Positions 51,854 to 63,627 of a stretch of DNA of 64,000 nucleotides are shown one piece after another (within the stretch, counting starts at the first letter, position 1; each line of letters opens with the position of its first letter). Made by a program: the position numbers and the translations under genes. Source of the DNA: Epithemia pelagica (lineage: Eukaryota > Protista > Bacillariophyta); assembly GCA_946965045.2 (NCBI GenBank), contig OX337241.1, positions 1,054,001-1,118,000 on the forward strand, written 5' to 3'. Below the pieces are notes generated by a model. It did not search any database and was not told the origin of the DNA. It saw nothing but the letters and a program-made list of their open reading frames with translations.

Positions 51854-52450
51854 ATGGCACTCTTCATTCAAGCCTTCAACAAAGTAAGAACGCCAAACCA
51901 GATGACCCTGTCGAAATACCTCAAGCATCCCTTTTTCGACACAACCGAAACCCTCCGGCCACTCCTCTTTCAACTACCAATTAGTCCCATGGGCGGCCTT
52001 CACTCGATTGCGGGCCCACTGCCATTTAATCTTCGTCCAAGTACACCGCAGCTTAAGACTGTTGTACTCTACCACAACGCATTCAAAGGAAAGTTGCTGT
52101 CATTGCAGAATGCAACCCAATTAGAGACACTTATTCTCCACGGTGGCAATGAATGGGCCGACAATGTTCAGCTAGAGCCATTTTGCAACAATCAAAAATT
52201 TCCGCGAATGAATCGCTTTGTGGTTCGTCCTTGTACGAACAATGCCGAGGAAAGCCACATGCTCCTTCCATACTGCTCCTGTTGTCACTGCTGTCCTGAC
52301 TCTAGTACGTCAGAGTGCCATTTGTATCATTGGTTCCCCGAAACAGACAATGCTTGGGACACGCGGTATACCAAGGATCGTTTCCGTACTCGGGAAGTCA
52401 TGCTGTCCGAGACTGACCTTTTGAAACTCTCAAACCCCAATAAAAACTAA
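51854..52450 (+). pseudogene. Leucine-rich-repeat gene fragment
   Basis: LKTVVLYHNAFKGKL..LETLILHGGN followed by Cys-rich CSCCHCC, like the C-terminus of plant-type LRR proteins; no clear start. Confidence 0.45.
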
Positions 52451-52565
52451 CGATACGAAGAATCCCACGTCGTCAGGAGGAGCTGCATGAAACTGTTCAG
52501 AGCTTTTGTCGTCAACTGCAGAAAGCGTCAACTACATAGATAAAATCATGATGGTATTTTAATTC

Positions 52566-52690
52566 TTACACATTGGGATATTCAACTCGTAAACCCTGTC
52601 TGTCAAGACTCCATATCAGAGTTGGCTGATATTCGCGACAAAAGCCAGGATCATGAGACACGGCAATTACAGCACCTCCCCAGCCACATT
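52566..52690 (-). pseudogene. C-terminal fragment of an ABCF-type ATPase
   Basis: WGGAVIAVSHDPGF resembles the ABC H-loop motif GAVIVVSHDR.F. Confidence 0.45.
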
Positions 52691-53807
52691 CAGGGTCATG
52701 GCGTGTGCAACCTTCCGACTGAGGCTTATTAATGTTTTGCCAATTGTTGGCGGACACGGCCGATTTGTGGGCCAACGACAGTCGAACATGTTGACCGGCC
52801 GACAAGGCGCGAATGGGACGCAAAATGGTATAACGTGACAATCCATAATCTCACAAATGCTGTCGTATCTGTGTTTTGGTCCGGGACGATGAGGACGTGA
52901 TGGCACTAGTATGATCATCCTTGAGTGTCATGGCTCGGAGAAAGAATTCCATGGCAGATTGAGATCCGTGGTCTCGAACCAAATCATGAAGCGCCGTCTG
53001 CGGGAAATACAAACAGCTTTGTTTGCTATTCATCGTTCGGCAATTCATTGGGAGCAACACCAGCAGTAACAGCCGCAATGGGAAAGGCTTGGGAGAAGGT
53101 GTCGGGGGAAGGACGTCGCATGAAGCGAGTAGATGAGGCATCCGATGGAATGGTGGACATGGAACTAGCTGCTTCAAGGCTCAGAAAGGTTGATGGTTCG
53201 GATTCCTCGGAGGTTCGACTTGGATGGGCCAATGGATCCTTCTGCGCCATAGGGGTTTCATAGGCTTGCGGATCGACCGTGGGAAACGAAGCGAAACGAG
53301 GCAGAGACGAAGGATTGTTGTTGCTGGTGGATGGGGTGGTGGTTTGGTTTTTGGCGATGCTTTCATCTTGGTTGTTAACAGACGCCGTCGACCTTTCGGA
53401 AACACTGTGAGCGTCAAATAGCTCCCTTACTTCCTTCTGAGTGAGGCGGTGCCGTTTGTGGGAGGAAGACGACATTAAAGAAGATGTTCTGGACCACTGC
53501 ACCTCCACCATCGTGATGAATGAGGGTGCGTTGCATGAATTTTGCATCAGAGTCGAGAGAGACCAGGTCGAGCCGTGGGGGTGAGTAGACGAATGCACGA
53601 AGTGCATTCAATCACGCGTGATTGGACTCACCCCATGCTTGGGGGTAAAATTACGGTAGCAGTGCGTGTTGGACGGATGAGAGTGGAAAGCGGTCGACAG
53701 TCCACAAGCTTTTGAGAAGGAAGATATTCGCAGTTGTTGTAGATGGGAATAGGTTGTTTGTTTGTGCAATTCATACAGGAGGGCCTATTTACTATCTGCG
53801 ATATACT

Positions 53808-55457
53808 ATGAGTCAAGTTGCGCCGCACCCTGACCCTTTGCCAAACACATTCAGCCCCTCTTCCGTCCTGTTGACGTTCCTACCACCAGAGGATCACCCC
53901 GAAGACGTCAACCAGCTTTACATCCGACTTCCTGAAAAAACGCGCAAGGGTTTTACAAAGGATGATCTAGCGGAGTATCTTGATTCACGTGATCCAAAGG
54001 CAACGCAAGACAACCTCGTTGAAGCAATAAATGAAGGGGGGCACATTCCCCCTGCCATCTTGAAAGACGCCGTGGGCAGAAGCGCCGAATCGAAACTACA
54101 GAGTATTCACAGGCTTAACATCAGTCCAAGACAAGTCGACGTCTTGATTGCACAGGTTCTGTTCGAGAACAAATACGCTCTGCCGAGACCTCTAGATCCC
54201 TACAACTATGCGACGCATGGGATCCAACAATCGTATGAAACGCTCACAACAAATGCTCTTTTCAGTACGAGATCAATCATTCGACTACAAGGCGATTCGG
54301 TTCATTTTATGATGTTTGCCTTCGGTCAATCACAAATACGATGCAAGAGATTTTCGTTTGGAGAAAATCCGGTGCTCTCTGCGTCGGGTGTCGTACAGGG
54401 CAATCCGTGCAATATCGACGAAAAGCTGTGCAATGTCTTGGGGATAGCAGATTGCCAAGATAGTCTTGGCAACCACGCCTTGCGCCTGGGGATGATTCAG
54501 CATATTGTGCAAACAGGGACTTTTGACGAGTTGGGTGTCCAGGCGTTGTTCTGCCACTGGCTAGGTGAACTCGTACGTCACTTAGATGGCATTGATGGTG
54601 ATTTGAGAGTGACAGATGTCACTGGTATGGCCTCGATGGTCGTTACAGTTGAAGTGTGTAATGAGTATTTAGCCTTGCAACACAAACCTATCAACCCCGA
54701 TGGGACTGGATTGCCTGCACAGCTCTCCATGAAGAGCGACTTCGTTGTTTGCAAGAATTCTCTACAAGGCAACACAGCCAATGCTTTTCTGTATTCGGCC
54801 TATCATGTTGAGATGAAACAAGCATTCAAGCTGAAAAACTCAGCAATGGACTGCAAGTCGCAGCTTCTAGCGGAATCACTTGCCAGATCGCTTTCTTTAC
54901 TCAACAAGGATAAGGAGTTACCTCAAGTCCTCTATTCAATGCTTTGTGATGGTCTTTGTCTCCACGTACTGGTGCATTTTCCTCGCAGCAACGTCGCCTA
55001 CCTTTCTCATCGTGAAATTGAACCAGGTCGGATGACGTGTGTCGTGACATGGCTACACAATGTCGCTGCGAGAAAGAATCTTACAGAGGCCGAGTTTCTT
55101 GAGATGGGATTACAAATCGGCGATTACTTGGACGCCGAGGTGAAAGAAACATTGCAGAAGAAACGAGAACGGAAGCCGGAACCAGGTCGCAGAAGGACCG
55201 AAGGGAAGCCCAAGAAAAATTTGGGATCAATTGCTCCCAAGAGTAAGACAATGTGCATTGATGTGGTCGCGGACGAGGAACGTGAGCGTCTGGAGGCCGA
55301 ACAAAGGGAATTTTCGGCTTTCCTAAGTTTCCAAAACCATTACCGATACGGTGACCCGTTGCCCTTGACAGAGACCATCCTAAATCACTCTGGCAACACT
55401 CACGAAGAAGCACCGTTGTCAATGGAAGAAAAGCTGTTGCGTGCAGGCTTTGTCTGA
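53808..55457 (+). CDS. PD-(D/E)xK restriction-endonuclease-fold protein (CRN/CR-REase-like), copy 1
   Basis: Intronless ORF; KSDFVV...HVEMKQ...QLLAES fits the D..ExK..Q pattern; charged C-terminal tail. Confidence 0.55.
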   Translation: MSQVAPHPDPLPNTFSPSSVLLTFLPPEDHPEDVNQLYIRLPEKTRKGFTKDDLAEYLDSRDPKATQDNLVEAINEGGHIPPAILKDAVGRSAESKLQSIHRLNISPRQVDVLIAQVLFENKYALPRPLDPYNYATHGIQQSYETLTTNALFSTRSIIRLQGDSVHFMMFAFGQSQIRCKRFSFGENPVLSASGVVQGNPCNIDEKLCNVLGIADCQDSLGNHALRLGMIQHIVQTGTFDELGVQALFCHWLGELVRHLDGIDGDLRVTDVTGMASMVVTVEVCNEYLALQHKPINPDGTGLPAQLSMKSDFVVCKNSLQGNTANAFLYSAYHVEMKQAFKLKNSAMDCKSQLLAESLARSLSLLNKDKELPQVLYSMLCDGLCLHVLVHFPRSNVAYLSHREIEPGRMTCVVTWLHNVAARKNLTEAEFLEMGLQIGDYLDAEVKETLQKKRERKPEPGRRRTEGKPKKNLGSIAPKSKTMCIDVVADEERERLEAEQREFSAFLSFQNHYRYGDPLPLTETILNHSGNTHEEAPLSMEEKLLRAGFV

Positions 55458-55627
55458 CTTTCTGTACATTGCCATGAGAAACAAAGATACACGACGGCGC
55501 ATCTCGTAATGGTGCTCGGTCTGCACCTTGCCTTGGTTTCCGATGTTGCGCTGCTACCCCCATCCTTGGATTCCTCGCTGCCTCCCGCTTTGTTCCAATC
55601 ATATTCTGGTCTCTCATCAACACCCCA

Positions 55628-56493
55628 TCAATGTAAAACTCCATACACCGTGATCCTTCCACACAGTTTCAAGAGGCTGGAGAAAGAAACACTTGCGAGT
55701 TTGTCAGGGACCGTCGGTGGACCTTGTTGTTGTTGTTGTTTCTGCAAGGCATTTAAACTACAAGTCGCCGCTTGCACTTCCAGCACCACAATGGCCAAGG
55801 CGAATGCGACATGGTAGACCGTCACACTGGAAAACCAAACCAAAAGGGTAATTTGCCACCAATCATTGGATTGGACCAAGAGTGATAGAATGCAGGTGAT
55901 CAGGGGAATTCCCAACAAGACGACAAAGGTTGGCCATTCGACTCCAATCAAGCGTTTCATAGTTGTTGCATCTGAATGACTCGATGCCACAAATCCAAAC
56001 CGGAATGGCGCAGAGTGTGCCAATGAATTTTCCAACAGACCCCGACGACGAGGCGTCGGGTTGCGCTTCCAATTCTTGGAACTGCTGTTTCAAAACGTTG
56101 CAACGCCTCTGTCAGTTCCTCTTCTGTATAGTAATCAAAGGGGTGGAACAAAGCGCACGACATCTTTTCCGGCCGCAACCAGCAACAATCCTTGATCATC
56201 ACGGTCACACACCTTTCAAGAGACCCCAGCCTCGCACAGGTCCCACCAAGGCGGGATACTTTGCGGCAATCGCCTCGAGACCGGCAGCCAATTGGTCTCC
56301 TCGGGCTTGTACATTGTCCAAGACATACTGCTCGGAAAAATAATATTGTGCCAGTACCTACGGGCAACAGAAGCAAAATCCGCAGCAAAAGCCTTCCCGT
56401 CCCTTGAGAAAACTGCAGATACGAGGTCCAACGAAAGAACAACCACCACCAAGAGAGAGAATTGTTAGAATTCGGTCCACAATCGCACCACAC
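55628..56493 (-). pseudogene. Fragmented membrane-protein gene relic (second copy at about 59509-60392)
   Basis: Several short frames with hydrophobic stretches (PTFVVLLGIPLITCILSLLV, WQITLLVWFSSVTVYHVAFALAIVVL); present in both tandem units. Confidence 0.35.
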
Positions 56494-56752
56494 TTGTTGC
56501 GTCCATCACAAACAGGAACTTACAATGGCGCCATGATAGAATGAAACTGTGTGTCGATTGGATGGATTTACGTTTGAGGTCTTGAATGATGCGACGCTGT
56601 TTTGGGGTTGTCGTCGAATCCTTCGATCTGTGAAAGAGAGGAGATCCATTCAACACAGAAAAATTCACGCGAAGAGATCAAAAAAGATCTTGGATTTTTG
56701 GCACATCAATGAGGGGGTTAACATCCCCCAAAACCCGCATACCTCATTGCTG

Positions 56753-57348
56753 CAACTTCCAGTAAATACACGTGAGTCGCATACTCTGTACCAATACCCA
56801 ACGGACGAAACCAAAAACTAGGATCGATATTATTACAAAGCACGTATTACGATTCCATAGAATATGTTTTCCCCTTCTCTCTAGTATGGAACAAACGGGA
56901 ATGTCGTTTGGTATGTCGTTTGGTATGTCGTTTGATGTTGTTTGATGTTGTTTGATGTCGTTTGATGTCGTTTCGGGCTCGCGCGGAAACATGGTTTGCT
57001 TCAAAATCCAGCGGTGCTCTTTATGGGCCTACTGTCAATAATTGACTTCTAACCGTGTGATTTCTCTTGAAGAATTCCAACTGCTGGAGAGTAAATATTC
57101 TTCTGGCGATAAAAACATCCGACATCATCCGACATCATCCGACATCATCCGACATCATCCGACATCATCCGACATCTCCCAAATCCTCCGACATCCGTGA
57201 CTCAGTATGCTTACCTCATATCTAAAGAATCTGAATCTAGTATGATCATATCGGAGTTACTACTGTAGGATAATGAAGAAGTTATATCGTGACGATACTC
57301 TGAGTAGTAGAAAGATTACCCACGTTTTGAGTCCATTACCGGAAGTTG
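56753..57348. mobile_element. 596-bp non-autonomous TIR element (MITE) with 3-bp TSD CTG
   Basis: TIR CAACTTCCAGTAA / TTACCGGAAGTTG (12 of 13); CTG at 56750-56752 and 57349-57351. The empty site CATTGCTGTATTT is present in the sister unit near 60669-60681. Confidence 0.88.
56901..57176. repeat. Two short tandem arrays in inverted orientation inside the MITE
   Basis: (ATGTYGTTTG)n-like array at 56901-56973 and (CATCCGACAT)n at 57116-57176. The reverse complement of the second unit, ATGTCGGATG, matches the first at 8 of 10 positions. Confidence 0.85.
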
Positions 57349-57688
57349 CTGTATTTGTGCTCTTATCGGCTGTTCCAATAAATAAGGTGGAGAGGCTTTT
57401 CTAAAGGGGGCTTGGGGTATCTATTGCCCCAGGGGCTTCGGGTGTGAGAATGCTCACCAGATCTGCTTCACTAATCCTCATGACTCACACCCGCTGGGGG
57501 GTAACATTTGGTGGTGCTTAACTTCCCCAAATTACGGTAGCAGTGCGTGTTGGACGGATGAGAGTGGAAAGCGGTCGACAGTCCACAAGCTTTTGAGAAG
57601 GAAGATATTCGCAGTTGTTGTAGATGGGAATAGGTTGTTTGTTTGTGCAATTCATACAGGAGGGCCTATTTACTATCTGCGATATACT

Positions 57689-59338
57689 ATGAGTCAAGTT
57701 GCGCCGCACCCTGACCCTTTGCCAAACACATTCAGCCCCTCTTCCGTCCTGTTGACGTTCCTACCACCAGAGGATCACCCCGAAGACGTCAACCAGCTTT
57801 ACATCCGACTTCCTGAAAAAACGCGCAAGGGTTTTACAAAGGATGATCTAGCGGAGTATCTTGATTCACCTCATCCAAAGGCAACGTAAGACAACCTCGT
57901 TGAAGCAATAAATGAAGGGGGGCACATTCCCCCTGCCATCTTGAAAGAACTCGTGGGAAGTAGGGCCAAATCGAAACTACAGAGTATTCACAGGCTTAAC
58001 ATCAGTCCAAGACAAGTCGACGTCTTGATTGCACAGGTTCTGTTCGAGAACAAATACGCTCTGCCGAGACCTCTAGATCCCTACAACTATGCGACGCATG
58101 GGATCCAACAATCGTATGAAACGCTCACAACAAATGCTCTTTTCAGTACGAGATCAATCAATCAACTACAAGGCGATTCGGTTCATTTTATGATGTTTGC
58201 TTTCGGTCAATCACAAATACGATGCAAGAGATTTTCGTTTGGAGAAAATCCGATGCTCTCTGCGCCGGGTGTCGTACAGGGCAATCCGTGCAATATCGAC
58301 GAAACGCTGTGCAATGTCTTGGGGATAGCAGATTACCAGGATAGTCTTGGCAACCACGCCTTGCGCCTGGGGATGATTCAGCATATTGTGCAAACAGGGA
58401 CTTTTGACGAGTTGGGTGTCCAGGCGTTGTTCTGCCACTGGCTAAGTGAACTCGTACGTCACTTAGATGGCATTGATGGTGATTTGAGAGTGACAGATGT
58501 CACTGGTATGGCCTCGATGGTCGTTACAGTTGAAGTGTGTAATGAGTATTTAGCCTTGCAACACAAACCTATCAACCCCGATGGGACTGGATTGCCTGCA
58601 CAGCTCTCCATGAAGAGCGACTTCGTTGTTTGCAAGAATTCTCTACAAGGCAACACAGCCAATGCTTTTCTGTATTCGGCCTATCATGTTGAGATGAAAC
58701 AAGCATTCAAGCTGAAAAACTCAGCAATGGACTGCAAGTCGCAGCTTCTAGCGGAATCACTTGCCAGATCGCTTTCTTTACTCAACAAGGATAAGGAGTT
58801 ACCTCAAGTCCTCTATTCAATGCTTTGTGATGGTCTTTGTCTCCACGTACTGGTGCATTTTCCTCGCAGCAACGTCGCCTACCTTTCTCATCGTGAAATT
58901 GAACCAGGTCGGATGACGTGTGTCGTGACATGGCTACACAATGTCGCTGCGAGAAAGAATCTTACAGAGGCCGAGTTTCTTGAGATGGGATTACAAATCG
59001 GCGATTACTTGGACGCCGAGGTGAAAGAAACATTGCAGAAGAAACGAGAACGGAAGCCGGAACCAGGTCGCAGAAGGACCGAAGGGAAGCCCAAGAAAAA
59101 TTTGGGATCAATTGCTCCCAAGAGTAAGACAATGTGCATTGATGTGGTCGCGGACGAGGAACGTGAGCGTCTGGAGGCCGAACAAAGGGAATTTTCGGCT
59201 TTCCTTAGTTTCCAAAACCATTACCGATACGGTGACCCGTTGCCCTTGACAGAGACCATCCTAAATCACTCTGGCAACACTCACGAAGAAGCACCGTTGT
59301 CAATGGAAGAAAAGCTGTTGCGTGCAGGCTTTGTCTGA
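57689..59338 (+). pseudogene. PD-(D/E)xK-like protein, copy 2, with a CAA-to-TAA nonsense codon at 57887-57889
   Basis: Near-identical to 53808-55457 and in one frame apart from the single TAA. Confidence 0.8.
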
Positions 59339-61037
59339 CTTTCTGTACATTGCCATGAGAAACAAAGATACACGACGGCGCATCTCGTAATGGTGCTCGG
59401 TCTGCACCTTGCCTTGGTTTCCGATGTTGCGCTGCTACCCCCATCCTTGGATTCCTCGCTGTCTCCCGCTTTGTTCCAATCATATTCTGGTCTCTCATCA
59501 ACACCCCATCAATGCAAAACTCCATACACCGTGAACCTTCCACACAGTTTCAAGAGGCTGGAGAAAAAAACGCTTGCGAGTTTGTCAGGGACCGTCGGCG
59601 GACCTTGTTGTTGTTGTTGTTGTTTCTGCAAGGCCTTTAAAATACAAGCCGCCGCTGGCACTTCCAGCACCACAATGGCCAAGGCGAATGCGACATGGAA
59701 GACCGTCACACTGGAAAACCAAACCAAGAGGGTGATTTGCCACCAATCATCGGATTGGACCAAGAGTGACAGAATGCAGGTGATCAGGGGAAATTCCCAA
59801 CAAGATGACAAAGGTTGGCCATTCGACTCCAATCAAGCGTTTTATATTTGTTGCATCTGAATGACTCGATGCCACAAATTGCCCCACGAGGAACTCAAGC
59901 CACAAACCCAAACCAGAATGGCGCAGAGTGTGCCAATGAATTTTCCAACAGACCCCGACGACGAGGCGTCAGGTTGCGCTTCCAATTCTTTAACTATTTT
60001 TTGAACTGCTGTTTCAAAACGTTGCAACGCCTCTGTCCGTTCCTCGTGTGTAGTAATAAAAGGGGTGGAACAAAGCGCACGACATCTTTCCCGGCCGCAA
60101 CCAGCAACAATCCTTGATCATCACGGTCACACCTTTCAAGAGACCCCAGCCTCGCACAGGTCCCACCAAGGCGGGATACTTTGCGGCAATCGCCTCGAGA
60201 CCGGGCAGCCAATTGGTCTCCTCGGGCTTGTACATTGTCCAAGACATACTGCTCGGAAAAATAATATTGTGCCAGTACCTACGGACAACAGAAGCAAAAC
60301 CCGCAACAAATGCCTTCCCGTCCCTTGAGAAAACTGCAGATACAAGGTCCAACGAAAGAACAACACCAACCACCAAGAGACAGAATTGTTAGAATTCGTT
60401 CCACAAGCGCACCACACTGTAGTTAATCCAGTTGCGTCCATCACAAACAGGAACTTACAATGGCGCCATGATAGAATGAAACTGTGTGTCGATTGGATGG
60501 ATTTACGTTTGTATAGAGGTCTTGAATGATGCGACGCTGTTTGGGTGTTATAGTCGAATCCTTCGCTTCTTCTCGAAGACGAGAGGGGGAGATCCGATAT
60601 ATCCAAAAAGATCTTGGATTTTTGGCACATCAATGAGGGGCTTAACATTCCCCAAAACCCGCATGCCTCATTGCTGTATTTATGCTCTTATCGGCTGTGC
60701 CAATAAATAAGGTGGAGAGGCTTTTCGAAAACGAAAGAGTGAGGGGGCTTGGGGTCACTATTGCCCCAGTGGCTTGGGGTCTGTGGTGCTCTCGTGACAT
60801 GAGAACACCACACGTTCCGAATGGACCATCAAAGGTTCGTTCCGACGGCCATGGCAACCGCTACGACCGATCGAGACAGTACAAACACGTTTCTACCTTT
60901 CGAGACTTTATCGTTACAAGGATCCATTAGTATACAGTGGTAAGAGAGAGATCGAGACAGAGAGATCGATGATAATAACGACATTGTAGTTGTTTTGTCG
61001 GGTTTACTCGGCACCAGTCTCGTTTCCTCCATTGCCG

Positions 61038-61495
61038 AGAGCAGAGTCCAGGGAAGGCGTGGAAGTGACCTTGTTCCCGGAGTTTTGCAGCGCATGAATT
61101 GGTTCCGTGCTGTTATCATGACTTGGGATGAGGGGAGACTGGTTTTCCTCTTCAAGAAGCAATGGTACCATTGTGTTTTTACTGGAGATGGGTGATGCAA
61201 GTTTCAAAGGCTTTGTGTCATTGCCTTTATTGAATGCTGTAGTTTTATTTTGCTTTCCTTCGTTTGCGTTCATCTTGGTTGGAACCGGCCGAAGTGGAAT
61301 GTTTTGTCTGTTCCACCACAAAAAGTGGGCAACGCAATAAATTCCAAGAATTCTCAGGAAAATAGAAATCCATTTACCTAACGGCCGTGTCTTTGTAGAG
61401 GTTTCATGTTTGAACCGAACTGTCTCTTCATTTTTCTCGTGTGTGATCCATTTCTCGCGTTTGTTCGATTCTCAATTGCATGAGCGATAAACATG
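61038..61495 (-). pseudogene. 5' half of the second minus-strand sulfotransferase copy
   Basis: Homologous to 25401-25858; truncated by the 9.4 kb insertion, with a small indel near 61430. Confidence 0.75.
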
Positions 61496-62307
61496 ACGGA
61501 GCGTACCTACCTGGTTGTTTTGCGAAGAAGGAGAAGAGGGATGTACAACTCTGGGACACCCACGATGATTGATGCCAAGCAGCATTTTCCATGGATTTAT
61601 GACAACGATCTGGACGCCCGACGCGAGAAGGTGCGCCGGGCCCGTTTCTTTAAAGTCTATTTAAGGGATAGTTGACGTTGAGAAGGTGCTGCCGGCGGTC
61701 GTATTTAAGTGGTAAAATTTTCAGCCGATTAATTATTCCTATGTCGATGACTGTTTTAAGAATATGAGAGAGGCCTGCTTGCCGGCGTACGCCGTCCTTC
61801 TGTTCACATAAATACACGGCTTGGCATCAATCGTCGTGGTCGTGGGCCCTTCTCGTACCCCCTAGCGGAATCTCGAGTCCCGCTCGTGAATGGGTAGAGG
61901 TACATTCGCTCCAATCAGGAATCACTCAACCAGGACTCACCCTTCCGCTAGGGGTGGCATTCGAGGGTCATTGGTTTCTCGCAATGGAAACAGAGATCCG
62001 TAGCGAAGAGAGGCAGGCGCGCGTACGACAATGATTCAATTGTGAATGCCCGCTACTATCTATGGTTATACATCCAATGTAATTTTGGAGTAAAAGTACT
62101 CGTGTAGGCTGTGAGTGTGCGAGTCTGTCTGTCTGTGTGTGTTTTCGCGAAGGGCGAGGCACGCGCATGGCGCGAGCCGTCACACCTCTACGCGCTCGTC
62201 GGCCTCCACTAACCTTTGAGCTTGCCACTTTTTTTGCATGAGCGATGTGTTGTGTGTTGTGTGTTCGAGTTTTGGGTTGAACAGAAAACAGAAACCCATC
62301 ATCCGTC

Positions 62308-63627
62308 ATGTTTCTCGCTTATGCATTATGGAATCGATCAAAAACGATCAAGAATCACGAGACAGTTTGTTCGAGAAATGGAACCTCCACCACGACAGCG
62401 CCTTCTACAAAAAGGATCCATACAAAGCTACCAGCTTATCGTTACCATTCGGTTCCATCGTTTTATATTTTCGTAACCCTTGTTGGGATTTGCTGTCTTT
62501 CCCATTCCTTGTGGTGGAACCGACAATGTTATCATCCTACGATGACCTACATCGAGGGGCCCATCGCCACCACAAACACACCTCAAAGAAAGCACGCAAC
62601 ATCCAACTCCACCACTACGTCCAGAAAAGACAATGATACAAATCATTCCACACTTTCATCACCACATTTTTTCATCTCGAGTACAGACACAACGTTTGCA
62701 CTGGTTGTTCAGGAACACAACCATGAACACAACCATTCTGTTCTCGTCACCACTAATGACACCACGAAACCAATTCATGCTATGTCGAACTTGAATAACG
62801 AAGCCACTGCTCTTGCTTTACCCCTTTCGGATCCGCCAACCCTGGAAACTATATGTGAAAAAAGCAAGCACTCATTCAAGGAAGCCAGTGGTTTGGCTGT
62901 GATTGTGACTGGCATGGAACGGTCCGGAACTACCATTGTCTCTCGACTCATCATGTCTCATCCAACCCTCATGGGTGGATTTGAAGGCGGTGTACTGCTG
63001 GGCTCAAGCCCGGCAGACTTTGAACACATACATCCTTTTTATGAATGGATGACGGGTCCCCAATACATGTGGAATTTGACCTCATCCCAACGAAATGAAA
63101 TGGTCCACGGGTCATCCTGTCATGCTGAAATGTACCATACGTTGCGTCAAAAGTCTCCACTCTTTTCTCAAGGTCGACAGCTCAGCAGGCACAAAATGTA
63201 TCTGGTGGATAAGACGCCCCGCTATGTTTACACCTTGCCCACAATAATGGAACGAGCACCTGAAATTCCCGTAGTGGTCATGGAACGAGATTATGAGGAA
63301 CTCGTAGAGGCCTGGGCCCGGCGCGGAGTGAATGAAACAGCCACGCAAGAAAAGCGTAACCAATTCCGGTATAATCTTGAATCTGCACAAACCTTGTATC
63401 CGGATCGTATTCATGTGGTCAACGTGACCCGTTTCTACCAAGATCCGAATCAAGTCATGTCAGAGGTGTTTACCTTTTTGAACTTGACCTGGAATGAAAC
63501 GTATCTGGGTATGGAGGCGTATAATGCCAAGCTTCCACGCAGCTTGCATCAACCGCCCTTTTCGAGTCATTATTATCCTTCGTCAAAAGAGTATAAACCG
63601 GAGAATGAACATGCCCAACCACAATGA
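62308..63627 (+). CDS. Sulfotransferase-like protein, duplicate of 26739-28058
   Basis: Intact 439-aa ORF differing from copy 1 at only a handful of residues. Confidence 0.82.
   Translation: MFLAYALWNRSKTIKNHETVCSRNGTSTTTAPSTKRIHTKLPAYRYHSVPSFYIFVTLVGICCLSHSLWWNRQCYHPTMTYIEGPIATTNTPQRKHATSNSTTTSRKDNDTNHSTLSSPHFFISSTDTTFALVVQEHNHEHNHSVLVTTNDTTKPIHAMSNLNNEATALALPLSDPPTLETICEKSKHSFKEASGLAVIVTGMERSGTTIVSRLIMSHPTLMGGFEGGVLLGSSPADFEHIHPFYEWMTGPQYMWNLTSSQRNEMVHGSSCHAEMYHTLRQKSPLFSQGRQLSRHKMYLVDKTPRYVYTLPTIMERAPEIPVVVMERDYEELVEAWARRGVNETATQEKRNQFRYNLESAQTLYPDRIHVVNVTRFYQDPNQVMSEVFTFLNLTWNETYLGMEAYNAKLPRSLHQPPFSSHYYPSSKEYKPENEHAQPQ

Larger units (their letters stand above)
51682..61037. other. ~9.4 kb insertion splitting the second sulfotransferase copy; mosaic of gene fragments and a tandem duplication
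   Basis: The left flank ends at the equivalent of 25399 and the right flank resumes at the equivalent of 25401. Confidence 0.7.

Noticed and set aside
56901-57176. Short repeat arrays as a CRISPR array
   Set aside because: The 10-12-nt units are contiguous with no unique spacers, and they lie inside a TIR element.
51682-61037. Helitron origin of the 9.4 kb insert (near an A/T site, carries gene fragments)
   Set aside because: No 5' TC or 3' CTRR terminus on either strand and no RepHel ORF.
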